DNA of 64,000 bases from IMG/VR virus record IMGVR_UViG_3300035181_002074, positions 96,613 through 160,612 of that record. The stretch is one strand, 5' to 3'. Shown piece after piece: positions 19,817 to 29,081 of this stretch. The notes under the pieces were generated by a model. It was not told the origin of the DNA, ran no database searches, and was given only the letters and a program-made list of their open reading frames with translations. Origin of the DNA: a virus. Position 1 is the first letter of the stretch, and every line of letters begins with the position of its first letter. A program made the position numbers and the translations under genes.

Positions 19817-20896
19817 ATGAAGATTAGTGAAATTAAAAGAGGATTACCCCACCTGATTGCCGCAAAAGTTCCAGCATTACTTATTGGACACCACGGCTTA
19901 GGTAAAAGTTCTGTAATGAGACAAATTGCAGATGAATCTGGAATGACATTTTTTGATGTACGCCTTGGAACTATGTGCGATCCGGGCGATTTACTTGGAC
20001 TTATGATCGAGCGCCAAGATGCTGAAGGCAACAAATCTTTTGAACACGTGCTACCAGCTTGGTGGCCTAAAGCCGGTGAACGCAAAATGATCTTTATCGA
20101 CGAGATCAATCGTGCTCGCCCAGATATGCTCCAAATGGTATTCCAATTAATCCTTGATCGTCGTATCCATACCCATGTATTGCCAGAAGGCTGTACTGTG
20201 CATGCTGCGATGAATCCAGACAGCAATGATTACAAAACTACCAATATTGACGATGCCGCTTTATTGAGTCGTTTTTGCCAAATTAAGTTTACTCCATCCC
20301 AAGAAGAATTTCTTGAATATGCTCGCAGTAAACCAAAATTTGATTCTACTTTCCTTGGCTTCGTAGCAGAAAATATGCAAATGGTTGACTGCACTGGCCT
20401 TGAATCATTCGAAGTAAAAGCGAAACCAGATCGTCGTGCTATCGTAAGAGCTGAAGAAGTGCTTTCTTCGGGATTACCAGAAGATCTTTGGATTGAGATG
20501 CTTGGCGGAATGCTTGGTTACGAAATGGCTGTAAAATACGTTGAATACGTAAAGTCAAACGAAATCAAACCACTTACTTTTGAACAAGTAGTTGGTGCAT
20601 ACAATAAACACAGCCATGTTGTTGCTGCTATGATGAAAAAAGAACGTCATGATGTAGTGACTGTAACCGTGGACAATGTATTGTCGGAGCTTTTCAAGCG
20701 TAAAGATTTGACTAAGAAAGAATCATTGAATATTAGATCATTCTTGCTTGATATCCCTAAAGATATTACTCAAGGTTTCATCAACAGATTCCTTTCTGAT
20801 TCTCCAAGTCATGCGAATAATCCAGTAAGCATTAACATCAATAAATATGTTCTTGATGACGCTTTCGTGGAAACGTTCTCAGCGAAAGTGAAATAA
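19817..20896 (+). CDS. MoxR-like AAA+ ATPase
   Basis: Walker A GHHGLGKS, Walker B IFIDEINRA, AAMNP, ALLSRF. Confidence 0.92.
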   Translation: MKISEIKRGLPHLIAAKVPALLIGHHGLGKSSVMRQIADESGMTFFDVRLGTMCDPGDLLGLMIERQDAEGNKSFEHVLPAWWPKAGERKMIFIDEINRARPDMLQMVFQLILDRRIHTHVLPEGCTVHAAMNPDSNDYKTTNIDDAALLSRFCQIKFTPSQEEFLEYARSKPKFDSTFLGFVAENMQMVDCTGLESFEVKAKPDRRAIVRAEEVLSSGLPEDLWIEMLGGMLGYEMAVKYVEYVKSNEIKPLTFEQVVGAYNKHSHVVAAMMKKERHDVVTVTVDNVLSELFKRKDLTKKESLNIRSFLLDIPKDITQGFINRFLSDSPSHANNPVSININKYVLDDAFVETFSAKVK

Positions 20897-20897
20897 T

Positions 20898-21101
20898 ATG
20901 GATTTTGCACTTTGGATTTTAGTAATGCTACTCTTATTTAAGGCGTCATCTTTAGATGATGAACTGGAGCTTTCTCGCCAAGAATCCAAGGCATCTTTAG
21001 AACAGCATACTAAAGAGATCGCGGTTTTAAATGAAAAATGTGCCAACTTGACTGAGGATCTTGATGCAGTGAAGCTAAGGCTCAGAGTAAAAGGTAAATA
21101 A
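20898..21101 (+). CDS. Small membrane-anchored coiled-coil protein
   Basis: N-terminal hydrophobic helix followed by a coiled coil. Confidence 0.6.
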   Translation: MDFALWILVMLLLFKASSLDDELELSRQESKASLEQHTKEIAVLNEKCANLTEDLDAVKLRLRVKGK

Positions 21102-21174
21102 TATAAAGGGGTAGCGCTTGATGGGTGCTACCCTGCTATAATCACAACAAAGATAGTAAAGCATCGAGGGATCT

Positions 21175-21351
21175 GTGAAAAAAATAAAGGAAGGCGATGT
21201 GGTTACGATCACACAAGCCATTAAAAGTATGCTTGGCACGGAAGTTCAGCCTATCGGAACGGTCGTAGGAGTATTTGGAGATCAGCTCACCGTACTGCTC
21301 GGCAATAATGATATTTGGATTGGAAGCGCTAAGTTTGTATTTAAACAGTAG
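21175..21351 (+). CDS. Small SH3/KOW-like protein (58 aa)
   Basis: GTG start with GAGG RBS, behind TGcTATAAT (21134-21142); MKKIKEGDVVTI...GTVVGV...LTVLL. Confidence 0.6.
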   Translation: MKKIKEGDVVTITQAIKSMLGTEVQPIGTVVGVFGDQLTVLLGNNDIWIGSAKFVFKQ

Positions 21352-21364
21352 ATAAGGAAAAGGT

Positions 21365-21682
21365 ATGAAAAGAAAAAAACGGATTGAATTAAGTAGACTT
21401 TTAGATAGAAAATTGGATATTTTGGGTGTAGCTAACGAGCCAAAATTAAGACAGATCGGTAATAAACCGATTTTAACTATCAAAGATGAAAAAATTGTAG
21501 AAGGCACCGCACCGGTGTACCAGTTGCATAACCTTCGTAGACAAATGATTTCAAAGATCCTTGAGGGTGGTGAGGGTGCTGCAAGGGCATTTCTCGCGAT
21601 GGATAATCAAGCCCTTAAAGGTGCATTAGTGCCTCAAACTGACGAGTCCCCAACTCCGTCAGCCGAAGAAGCTAATGATTAA
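21365..21682 (+). CDS. Hypothetical protein
   Basis: 105 aa with AAGG RBS. Confidence 0.65.
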   Translation: MKRKKRIELSRLLDRKLDILGVANEPKLRQIGNKPILTIKDEKIVEGTAPVYQLHNLRRQMISKILEGGEGAARAFLAMDNQALKGALVPQTDESPTPSAEEAND

Positions 21683-21824
21683 TGCCCTGCTCACGGTAGC
21701 AGCATTAGGAGCTACGGTCTTATTCGTGTATCAAGCGGTTGTTGTAAATCAATGTAATTATTCGCTTTTGTTTGTTATCCTAGCGAATTTACTGATAATG
21801 CGCTTAAGATCGTGGCTCCCCTAA
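21675..21824 (+). CDS. Small hydrophobic membrane protein (49 aa)
   Basis: Two hydrophobic stretches; its stop codon lies inside the late-promoter motif. Confidence 0.45.
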   Translation: MINALLTVAALGATVLFVYQAVVVNQCNYSLLFVILANLLIMRLRSWLP

Positions 21825-21829
21825 TATTT
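21820..21829 (+). promoter_or_regulatory. Putative late promoter CCTAATATTT
   Basis: Exact motif upstream of 21844. Confidence 0.7.
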
Positions 21830-21843
21830 GTCATGAGGGTAAA

Positions 21844-22143
21844 ATGGATAAAACAAGGTATGAATTTACCGTTACCGTTTCCGCAGAAGTACTTAGCGGC
21901 TTCCCTATGCCTATTTACGATGAATCAGGCAAAATCATCGGGGCATTTACCCAGCACTATACAAACTCATTACGCTGCTTTGTAGCAGCAACCGGATGGG
22001 GTGATTCAATTCATCTCGAAGATCAATTCTGGTTTACCCCTACATTAAATGAATCCAATATCGTTGTCTCTGGCCATATTTCCGCCATTGAGCATTCTAA
22101 TCAATCCATCAAAGTAAAAGGTGCAGGGAGAAACTATGAGTAG
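21844..22143 (+). CDS. Hypothetical protein
   Basis: 99-aa ORF with GAGG RBS. Confidence 0.6.
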   Translation: MDKTRYEFTVTVSAEVLSGFPMPIYDESGKIIGAFTQHYTNSLRCFVAATGWGDSIHLEDQFWFTPTLNESNIVVSGHISAIEHSNQSIKVKGAGRNYE

Positions 22144-22768
22144 ACCAAGACAAATGCGGAAACCACCAAATGACTCTGATCAAATCTGGGTAACTCATTT
22201 TGATGATGAAGGTTTAGAAGATTTTTACGAAAAATTCATGGAATTAGAAAATGACCCATCTATTTCAATTATCTCAATAATTGTAAGCAGTTATGGTGGT
22301 GATGTGGCCATAATGAACTCCATGAGAGATTTGATTAAGTCATCCCATAAGCCTGTATCCACCTTGGCACTGGGTAAAGCGATGTCAGCTGGCATTTGCC
22401 TGTTAGCGTCTGGCACAAAGGGATATCGTTTTGCGGCACCTAATTCATCCTTAATGTTTCATGAAGTTAGTACGATGCATCACGGGAAGGCCACTGATCT
22501 GGAAACATCATCACTTAATACGACCCAGATTAATAAATTATTGATTAGAAATTTCGCGCATGATACCGATAATACAGTCAAAGAGATTGAGAATGAAATG
22601 CATGCGCGGGGTAATAGTGATTGGTTTCTGACACCACAAGAAGCTCTTAATTGGGGTATCATCGATCAAATTGCAATTCCACGTGTTGTGACGCAGCATT
22701 CTCCATCTACCTTAGCTATCGTTAAAACTGTCCCAAAGCCACTATCCAAGAAAAAGAGAAAAGCCTAA
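22136..22768 (+). CDS. clpP: ClpP-family serine protease
   Basis: SSYGGDV, AMSAG (Ser), MFHE (His), DWFLTPQEALNWGIIDQI (Asp). Confidence 0.9.
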   Translation: MSRPRQMRKPPNDSDQIWVTHFDDEGLEDFYEKFMELENDPSISIISIIVSSYGGDVAIMNSMRDLIKSSHKPVSTLALGKAMSAGICLLASGTKGYRFAAPNSSLMFHEVSTMHHGKATDLETSSLNTTQINKLLIRNFAHDTDNTVKEIENEMHARGNSDWFLTPQEALNWGIIDQIAIPRVVTQHSPSTLAIVKTVPKPLSKKKRKA

Positions 22769-22773
22769 TATTT
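22764..22773 (+). promoter_or_regulatory. Putative late promoter CCTAATATTT
   Basis: Exact motif overlapping the clpP stop codon. Confidence 0.7.
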
Positions 22774-22793
22774 TCTAAGGATTGGAAGTACGA

Positions 22794-23213
22794 ATGCGCT
22801 ACGGTTTCATACTCTTAGATAATGTTTATAATGTAAATTCCTTTGATAAAACTGAAAACCTCAATATTATCAACGGGAACCTCACGACCATTTACTTTAG
22901 ATTGGTAACAATCAAAGGTAATTCCGGTGATATCGACCATGACACCTTGCGATTCATTCCAGCCGCTGGAACCCAAGCTTACGTTTCTTTTGCGAGTATT
23001 GATGATGCAGCTGCAATTACCGACCGCCCAGCATCTCAACCATACCCAACCCAAGATACCTCTATTTTTTCTGTTACCTTAGCAGCTGACGAAAGTATCG
23101 CACAAAATTCCATGTCGGTTAAATTTAACGACGGCGTGAATACATTTTACGCAGAACGTTTATCTGATATTACACAACAAGACATTAATTCAAAGGACAG
23201 ATTTTTCTGTTAA
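22794..23213 (+). CDS. Probable virion protein (beta-rich)
   Basis: Behind the late motif and upstream of the adaptor gene. Confidence 0.55.
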   Translation: MRYGFILLDNVYNVNSFDKTENLNIINGNLTTIYFRLVTIKGNSGDIDHDTLRFIPAAGTQAYVSFASIDDAAAITDRPASQPYPTQDTSIFSVTLAADESIAQNSMSVKFNDGVNTFYAERLSDITQQDINSKDRFFC

Positions 23214-23219
23214 AGTTAC

Positions 23220-24098
23220 ATGGCAGATTTAAGTAAAGCAAAAAAAGGCATTTATGCCGTATCACCCGAAGGTACCATTGACTCAGCGCAATCATTTGAG
23301 ACAATGGAGCCTATTTACAATGGCAGGGATGTGCGCGAGAATTTTCTTTTCGGCGTACCGATGACTGCTCCATTAACAGGTGAAAAATTAACTGATCGTA
23401 TGTTGGATAAGTACGTTAAACGCGCTATCAATCTTGTGGAAACGGAATCAAAAATTGATATTCAGCCGCGAGTTAAAAGAACACGCCAGCCGTTTCATAG
23501 CAAAGATTACACACATTATATTCACTTGGAAATTCCACATAAGCCGATTCGTAAAGTTATTAGTATTTCTATTTCTGCTGCAAATTATGCAGATACACCT
23601 GACCAGAATGAACAATTTCCGAATGGTTTGAAACTTTATACTATGCCTAACGAATGGGTAGATATGGCGAATGCTACTAGAGGGGTATTAAATATTAACC
23701 CGTTTTCACCAGCATTTTCGCCGGTAGGGGCAGCCGCTGAATTTGGTACTGCAGGTGCAACACCGATCACCCATTTTCTTGGACAGATGTCTTTTATTCC
23801 GGGCTTTTGGAATATTGAAGTACTGTGCGGAGTTGGATGCGAAAAAACCGGCATGATTCCTGTTAGTTTTAACGAATTACTGGGAATGAAGGCAGCAATG
23901 CTTGCTTTAGATAATTTAATTCCAATGTTTCGCGTAAGCTCTCAATCGTTAGGTGTTGACGGTTTAAGTCAAAGCGTGAATGATAATCTTTTTACTTTGC
24001 TAGCAAATAAACGTAAACAACTAGAAGCTGATTACGATAAACTTTTAAAATCACTGAAGACTAATTACTCACAACGGTTCTTCATGACGAGCGTCTAA
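23220..24098 (+). CDS. Head completion / head-tail adaptor protein
   Basis: FLFGVP near the N-terminus and SSQSLGVDGLSQS near the C-terminus, typical of myovirus adaptors. Confidence 0.7.
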   Translation: MADLSKAKKGIYAVSPEGTIDSAQSFETMEPIYNGRDVRENFLFGVPMTAPLTGEKLTDRMLDKYVKRAINLVETESKIDIQPRVKRTRQPFHSKDYTHYIHLEIPHKPIRKVISISISAANYADTPDQNEQFPNGLKLYTMPNEWVDMANATRGVLNINPFSPAFSPVGAAAEFGTAGATPITHFLGQMSFIPGFWNIEVLCGVGCEKTGMIPVSFNELLGMKAAMLALDNLIPMFRVSSQSLGVDGLSQSVNDNLFTLLANKRKQLEADYDKLLKSLKTNYSQRFFMTSV

Positions 24099-24112
24099 GA
24101 GGGGAAATAATC

Positions 24113-25363
24113 ATGACCCCAAAAGATAATATTACAATTCAAAAAACTATCGCCGACTACTTCAGCACATTGCCTGTAACGAGTCAGACATTAATAGTTC
24201 AGGCGATTAATGATCAAGTATCACCGTTATTGGCTACATATGCCAACCAATTAGGAATGAGCCCAGCAGATTATACTATTAATTTAGCTATTAATCAATC
24301 AATCCAAGAGGCAACCAAATCGTTAGCTAAATCCGAATCACTATATTCTATAGTACTGACAAACAGCCATACCTCTACACAAGATATTCAAAATCTTGTT
24401 GATGAGTTGGTATATAAAAGTTATTTCAATAATCAGGAACTTAATAAAAGCTTAAAGAATGCTGCAATCGGATTAGGAATGGCGGCAATGTTTGCTAATC
24501 CTAGTGCTGCTCAGGGGTTAAAAGTTCAGAGCCCATCAAAAGCGACTTCTTATTTAACTCATTCCGCACCAAAAACTGCAGATATGCGTACAACGTTTGA
24601 ACCAGAGCCGTGGGGCAGTCAACCAGAAGATGCTTTTTTACATAACACCATGCAACTCGAAACAAGCGGCGGCAAGAATACCCAGCATAAAAAAATCACC
24701 TCCGGTCCACAAGCCGGACAGACAGCTATTGGTAGGTGGGCATTATTGCCCAACACTATCCGTGAAATGCATAATCGAAATAAAGGCCACTGGGGGCATC
24801 CAGATTTAGAGCGTCTTGGCAGCATGAATGATACCCAAATGTCTAAATATTTACAATTAAATCCGGGCATTGAATTACATATTGCCCGTACTCTGGCTAA
24901 ATTCGTAAATAAGAAGCAATGCGGCGATAAACTGAAATGTGCATATTCTTGGAAATTTGGCCATAATTTATCACCGAACGATATCGGCGCAGATAAATTA
25001 AATAATAGTTATGTGCAAGACTACCATAAATTACAGCAAGGTAAGTCACCTCGCGGATTGAGACCAGCATCGTTTGGATTTCCGTTACAGCCAGCAAAAA
25101 CACTAACCCCTAAACAACCGTTCCAGATCCTTAAAAGTGAAGCAGCTGATTTTGCTCCACGATTGAAACAATGGATCAAAGCTCGCGAAGACAAAGAGCA
25201 AGATACTATTTCAAATACTATGAAGCAGTATGATGATTTACGTGCAGTATCAGCCGTACCCGATAGTGGTACCAAGCCAGATGATCGATTGAATCTTGAT
25301 TTAGATAATCCCATGGATCGTATTAAACTTGCTATCAGAAAAGTTGTAGGTAAAGACGAATGA
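24113..25363 (+). CDS. Internal virion protein with a lytic transglycosylase/lysozyme-like domain
   Basis: QLETSGG...AIGRWALLPNT...AYSWKFG; flanked by LAK|SE, LNK|S and ILK|SE. Confidence 0.7.
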   Translation: MTPKDNITIQKTIADYFSTLPVTSQTLIVQAINDQVSPLLATYANQLGMSPADYTINLAINQSIQEATKSLAKSESLYSIVLTNSHTSTQDIQNLVDELVYKSYFNNQELNKSLKNAAIGLGMAAMFANPSAAQGLKVQSPSKATSYLTHSAPKTADMRTTFEPEPWGSQPEDAFLHNTMQLETSGGKNTQHKKITSGPQAGQTAIGRWALLPNTIREMHNRNKGHWGHPDLERLGSMNDTQMSKYLQLNPGIELHIARTLAKFVNKKQCGDKLKCAYSWKFGHNLSPNDIGADKLNNSYVQDYHKLQQGKSPRGLRPASFGFPLQPAKTLTPKQPFQILKSEAADFAPRLKQWIKAREDKEQDTISNTMKQYDDLRAVSAVPDSGTKPDDRLNLDLDNPMDRIKLAIRKVVGKDE

Positions 25364-25866
25364 ATATAGCAGCTAATCAAATTCAAGAAAAGAAACTTGC
25401 TGGCGTTTGTAAAAATGGCCCAGTTGTGTATATCCTTACTAAAGGAGGACTCCACAGCATGTTCTCACGTGATGGAAAAGGTGATATAGTATCACTTGCC
25501 GCCGCCCCACACCGAGCGATTTGTACTTTTTTTGCTGAAAAGAAAGATCCTAGTATTAAGTGGCACAGTGATTTTTTATCTAAAACTGATGGAACTGAAA
25601 TTGACTTAATTAAGAACGAAGAAGATCAATTTCAAAAATATCGTAAAATGATTTGGTTTCAAACTGAAGATTTCTATAAATCGGAAGCGTCCGATATTTA
25701 TTTCGTATATGATACATCATCAAATGATATCTGGATCTCTGATTTGAATGAAATTAAAGAAGATTTACAAAAGAATGAAATTAACCGAAATTGTATAGTT
25801 CGACCAATCGATCTCAGTGCTCCGCCAAGAATGCTGGATCTTTGTGATGAATTCAAAGTGGAATAA
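25360..25866 (+). CDS. Hypothetical head-associated protein
   Basis: ATGA coupling; LIK|NE, FYK|SE and LQK|NE motifs. Confidence 0.6.
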   Translation: MNIAANQIQEKKLAGVCKNGPVVYILTKGGLHSMFSRDGKGDIVSLAAAPHRAICTFFAEKKDPSIKWHSDFLSKTDGTEIDLIKNEEDQFQKYRKMIWFQTEDFYKSEASDIYFVYDTSSNDIWISDLNEIKEDLQKNEINRNCIVRPIDLSAPPRMLDLCDEFKVE

Positions 25867-26115
25867 ATGACTTCGCTAGAACGTCGTTTTTTACTGTTTT
25901 GTTCGTTGCAAGATAAACAAGGCTACGGCATAAAACCTTATGCAATGACTATTGTTCGTCAATTATTGAATCGGATGAAACATATTATTATTGAACATGA
26001 CTGCGAAGTATATGAGTTTACAAAGTTCGGTGAAATGATTTATATCGTATATCGATACGAGAATTCTCGTTTTGTATATCAGTCGAGATTAAAGGTAGAT
26101 TATGGCAGAAAATAA
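25867..26115 (+). CDS. Hypothetical protein
   Basis: 82-aa ORF filling the operon. Confidence 0.5.
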   Translation: MTSLERRFLLFCSLQDKQGYGIKPYAMTIVRQLLNRMKHIIIEHDCEVYEFTKFGEMIYIVYRYENSRFVYQSRLKVDYGRK

Positions 26116-26986
26116 ATTAGGACCAAGAGGGAGAAAATCAAAAGCGCCCAGTGGTAATCAGCTAATCAACGGATTAGTTAATTATCAGGTTAGTTTTGAT
26201 AAAGCTGCATTCGATCATTTAATCAGATCGCAAGGCGTAGCTATGACTCATTACAGAGCAATTCCCGACCCACGCGGAATGTCTTCTCGTGGAGACAGTC
26301 ATGCCGTAGGAACCGCTAGACAATCCGTAGATGGATACATTTATAAAGAAGCAGGTACTATTACCGCATTTTTTAGTAATAATAGCAATAATCCCAAGGC
26401 AGCTGAATCCAGTGTGCTTGAACATGCTACTGCCTATATTACTGCCCCAGATTTTTATGATGACAAGCCTGAATGTCCTGTATTGTTTAGTCCATGGGAC
26501 AGACTTTTCCTTAAAGATATCGAAATCCGTGTAGTTACTTCTCAGGAATTAGAAGCATCTCAAACCGGTATTGATATCCTGCAATTCCCTGCTACATGTG
26601 TTGAACACTTAATAGATGCCCATGGCGTTGAATATATTGAAGGAGTGGATTTTGAAATTACCACCGAAGGGCATATTCAATGGATAAGCCAAAATAGACC
26701 CGGATTCGATCCAGAGCTTGGCAGAGGACGAGTGTTTGCCGTTAGGTTCCGTTATACCCCTTTTTTCGTCGTTGATCGCCTATTACATGAAATCCGCGTC
26801 AGTCAGGTGACCAATCCAAGAACAAATAAGCGCAGCCTAGAACGCATGCCTTATCAAGTATCTGTTGTTCGAGAGTATGTATTCAGGGATATGAACCGTA
26901 ATAACTCAAAAGACGAAAATACCGACCATTCCCGCTTCCAAGATGCTCCATCCCCAGCTGGCCGAATGGGCCCGAAAGACTATTAA
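26102..26986 (+). CDS. Head closure / head-tail connector protein
   Basis: FDHLIRSQG..HYRAIP, WDRL, VDRLLHEIR; position in the neck region. Confidence 0.6.
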   Translation: MAENKLGPRGRKSKAPSGNQLINGLVNYQVSFDKAAFDHLIRSQGVAMTHYRAIPDPRGMSSRGDSHAVGTARQSVDGYIYKEAGTITAFFSNNSNNPKAAESSVLEHATAYITAPDFYDDKPECPVLFSPWDRLFLKDIEIRVVTSQELEASQTGIDILQFPATCVEHLIDAHGVEYIEGVDFEITTEGHIQWISQNRPGFDPELGRGRVFAVRFRYTPFFVVDRLLHEIRVSQVTNPRTNKRSLERMPYQVSVVREYVFRDMNRNNSKDENTDHSRFQDAPSPAGRMGPKDY

Positions 26987-26987
26987 C

Positions 26988-26997
26988 CCTAATATTT
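26988..26997 (+). promoter_or_regulatory. Putative late promoter CCTAATATTT
   Basis: Exact intergenic motif. Confidence 0.75.
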
Positions 26998-27013
26998 TCA
27001 CTAAGGAAACCTT

Positions 27014-27352
27014 ATGGCAATACAATCATATCAATCACCAAAAAAACCCTCATCGGTCGTCCAAGGTGGTAATTCTAATCATGTTGGTATCTTATCTCCT
27101 GTCGGCGATTTGACGGCAGCTAAATCAGTTGGCGAAAATTGCATTATTGCATGCTTTAATAGTACCAATCAGGTTCAATTTATTCGTACCGGTGATAACA
27201 CTGTTACAATTGGTACCAGCTATGTAGATAATATCCCTGTCCCACCGGATAGTTATATATATATAAATACCGGCGGCTATCGATTTATAATCGGATCTTC
27301 TGGCATGTATGGTTACAAATTAATGGATGAATCTGCCCCAAGTTACGAGTAA
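27014..27352 (+). CDS. Probable virion protein (beta-rich)
   Basis: Late motif and AAGGA RBS. Confidence 0.55.
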   Translation: MAIQSYQSPKKPSSVVQGGNSNHVGILSPVGDLTAAKSVGENCIIACFNSTNQVQFIRTGDNTVTIGTSYVDNIPVPPDSYIYINTGGYRFIIGSSGMYGYKLMDESAPSYE

Positions 27353-27355
27353 GCT

Positions 27356-27922
27356 ATGTCAAACAACGACGATCTTAAATGCAAAACAATGGGGAACAGG
27401 CTTTTTAAAAAACAACGCGCCGCTTTATCTAAAGCTAAATTGAATGAAGCTCCATCAGGTGCTGCAATACCCAAATTACCATCCATGCCTAAATTACCAG
27501 TAGCTCCAGTAGCTCCGGGTAAAAATCCTGCAGGCCAAGCAGCTAAGCAATCAATGCAAGCAGCTAAAGGTCAAAATACTAAAGTTGCCCAAGCACCAAA
27601 AGCTCCAAAATCGTTACAAACTCCGAAGGCTCCAACGACTCCGAAGATCGGAAAATCAGAATTACGCTTGAGTGAAAAAGAATTATATACCGATTGTGAA
27701 CATTGCGGAACGCCACAATTTACGAAAACAGCGGCAGGACCAGAATATGCTCCATGCGCATGTTTCATGGTAACTAAGTCTGAAAAATTTGTTACACTTA
27801 GTAAAAATGAATCAGGTTACTCTTTAGACTTCAATCCGAAATCAGATCCAGAATCTGTTAAGGCATTCCTTTTAGCTTTGAAAGCAAAATTACTAGTTAC
27901 GAAAAAATTTGGGGATCAATAA
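27356..27922 (+). CDS. Basic Pro/Lys-rich protein with a Zn-finger (CEHC...CAC)
   Basis: IGK|SE, VTK|SE and LSK|NE motifs. Confidence 0.6.
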   Translation: MSNNDDLKCKTMGNRLFKKQRAALSKAKLNEAPSGAAIPKLPSMPKLPVAPVAPGKNPAGQAAKQSMQAAKGQNTKVAQAPKAPKSLQTPKAPTTPKIGKSELRLSEKELYTDCEHCGTPQFTKTAAGPEYAPCACFMVTKSEKFVTLSKNESGYSLDFNPKSDPESVKAFLLALKAKLLVTKKFGDQ

Positions 27923-29077
27923 ATGGATAACCTTTGGTGTGCAATGGTGAGTAAGCAAATAGCCGACTCGATCCGTAAAGACCTTGATGGTGGTCGATTT
28001 GCGGATGCTACCAATGCTACTAACCTACTTAAAGCATTCCAACAAAACATTTCCAATATGTGCCAGCAAAACGGTGGACGTGTTCACGTATTTTTGCCTG
28101 AATGGATGGTAATGGAATGTCCACAATCCGTTGCGGAACAAATCCCACAATTATTGGCAAGCTTCAATGAGCAAATTGGTCATTCAATGGCCTGCGGTAT
28201 AGGCTTAGATTTTTCAGAAGCCGTGAAAGCTGTTCATCAGTCTGAACGTAGTGGTGAAATCTGCTTATACGAAGAAAAGACCTTGAAGTCGGAAGGATTA
28301 TCTATTCCGCCCAATCTTTTTGATTACACCGATCAATCAGTAGCTAATAATGATGGAACTAACGCAGAAGAGCAAGAATTTGCCTCTGCACCAGATTTCC
28401 AGAATTCAGTTAAATTAGCGCAAGCCCAAATCCAAGCAATCATCCAGCAATTAGGCGGAGATGCCCAAGAAAAAGCTCAACAACAAATTCAGCAGATTCA
28501 ACAACAACAAGCACAGGCGCAACAAGCTCAGCAACAGCCACGTGATCTTACGGAAGCGTTACATGGCCAACAAATCCAAGGTCGCAATCCATACAGTGGT
28601 GATTCAGCTAAACCAGAAGATAAAAAAGAATCTAAATCCGATTCTAAAGAAACTAAAAAAGACGAACCAGAAGCATCCGAAGAAGATGATGGAAACGACG
28701 AAGTCCAGCAAAAACTTGGCGCCGCATTATTACATATCAAACAGCAAATTCCACAACTAATGGATCTCGCTGAAAAGAATCCAGATGCATTCAAACAGTC
28801 AATGTCACTTGTTCAAAAACTTTTGAATCTCACAAAAAAGACCAAAGGTCAAGTTGAGAAAAGTGAAATGGAAATCTTGACTGAGGATTTAAATAAAAAA
28901 ATTATCCATTTACCGGTTGGCACAATCAAAGACCGCAAGAAAAAAGTATTAGTAAATGGAAAAGCTGTATGGCGCAGTATCATCAGTGGAGAGGTCCGCG
29001 ATTTACAAGGCCAGCCTGTTTCTGTGAAGTCATCTAATCTCTCCGCATCCAAAGGCAAGCAAGCCGGAGAGAAATAA
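27923..29077 (+). CDS. Head-associated protein with an N-terminal degenerate mCpol/GGDEF-like palm domain
   Basis: GGRVHV...MACGIGLDFSEAVKAV..S.RSG pattern; TLK|SE and VEK|SE. Confidence 0.5.
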   Translation: MDNLWCAMVSKQIADSIRKDLDGGRFADATNATNLLKAFQQNISNMCQQNGGRVHVFLPEWMVMECPQSVAEQIPQLLASFNEQIGHSMACGIGLDFSEAVKAVHQSERSGEICLYEEKTLKSEGLSIPPNLFDYTDQSVANNDGTNAEEQEFASAPDFQNSVKLAQAQIQAIIQQLGGDAQEKAQQQIQQIQQQQAQAQQAQQQPRDLTEALHGQQIQGRNPYSGDSAKPEDKKESKSDSKETKKDEPEASEEDDGNDEVQQKLGAALLHIKQQIPQLMDLAEKNPDAFKQSMSLVQKLLNLTKKTKGQVEKSEMEILTEDLNKKIIHLPVGTIKDRKKKVLVNGKAVWRSIISGEVRDLQGQPVSVKSSNLSASKGKQAGEK

Positions 29078-29081
29078 TCTC

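Noticed and set aside
21102-21360. Structured ncRNA in an apparent intergenic gap
   Set aside because: The gap is explained by a GGGTAGC/GCTACCC hairpin, an extended -10 box and a 58-aa GTG-start ORF with an RBS.
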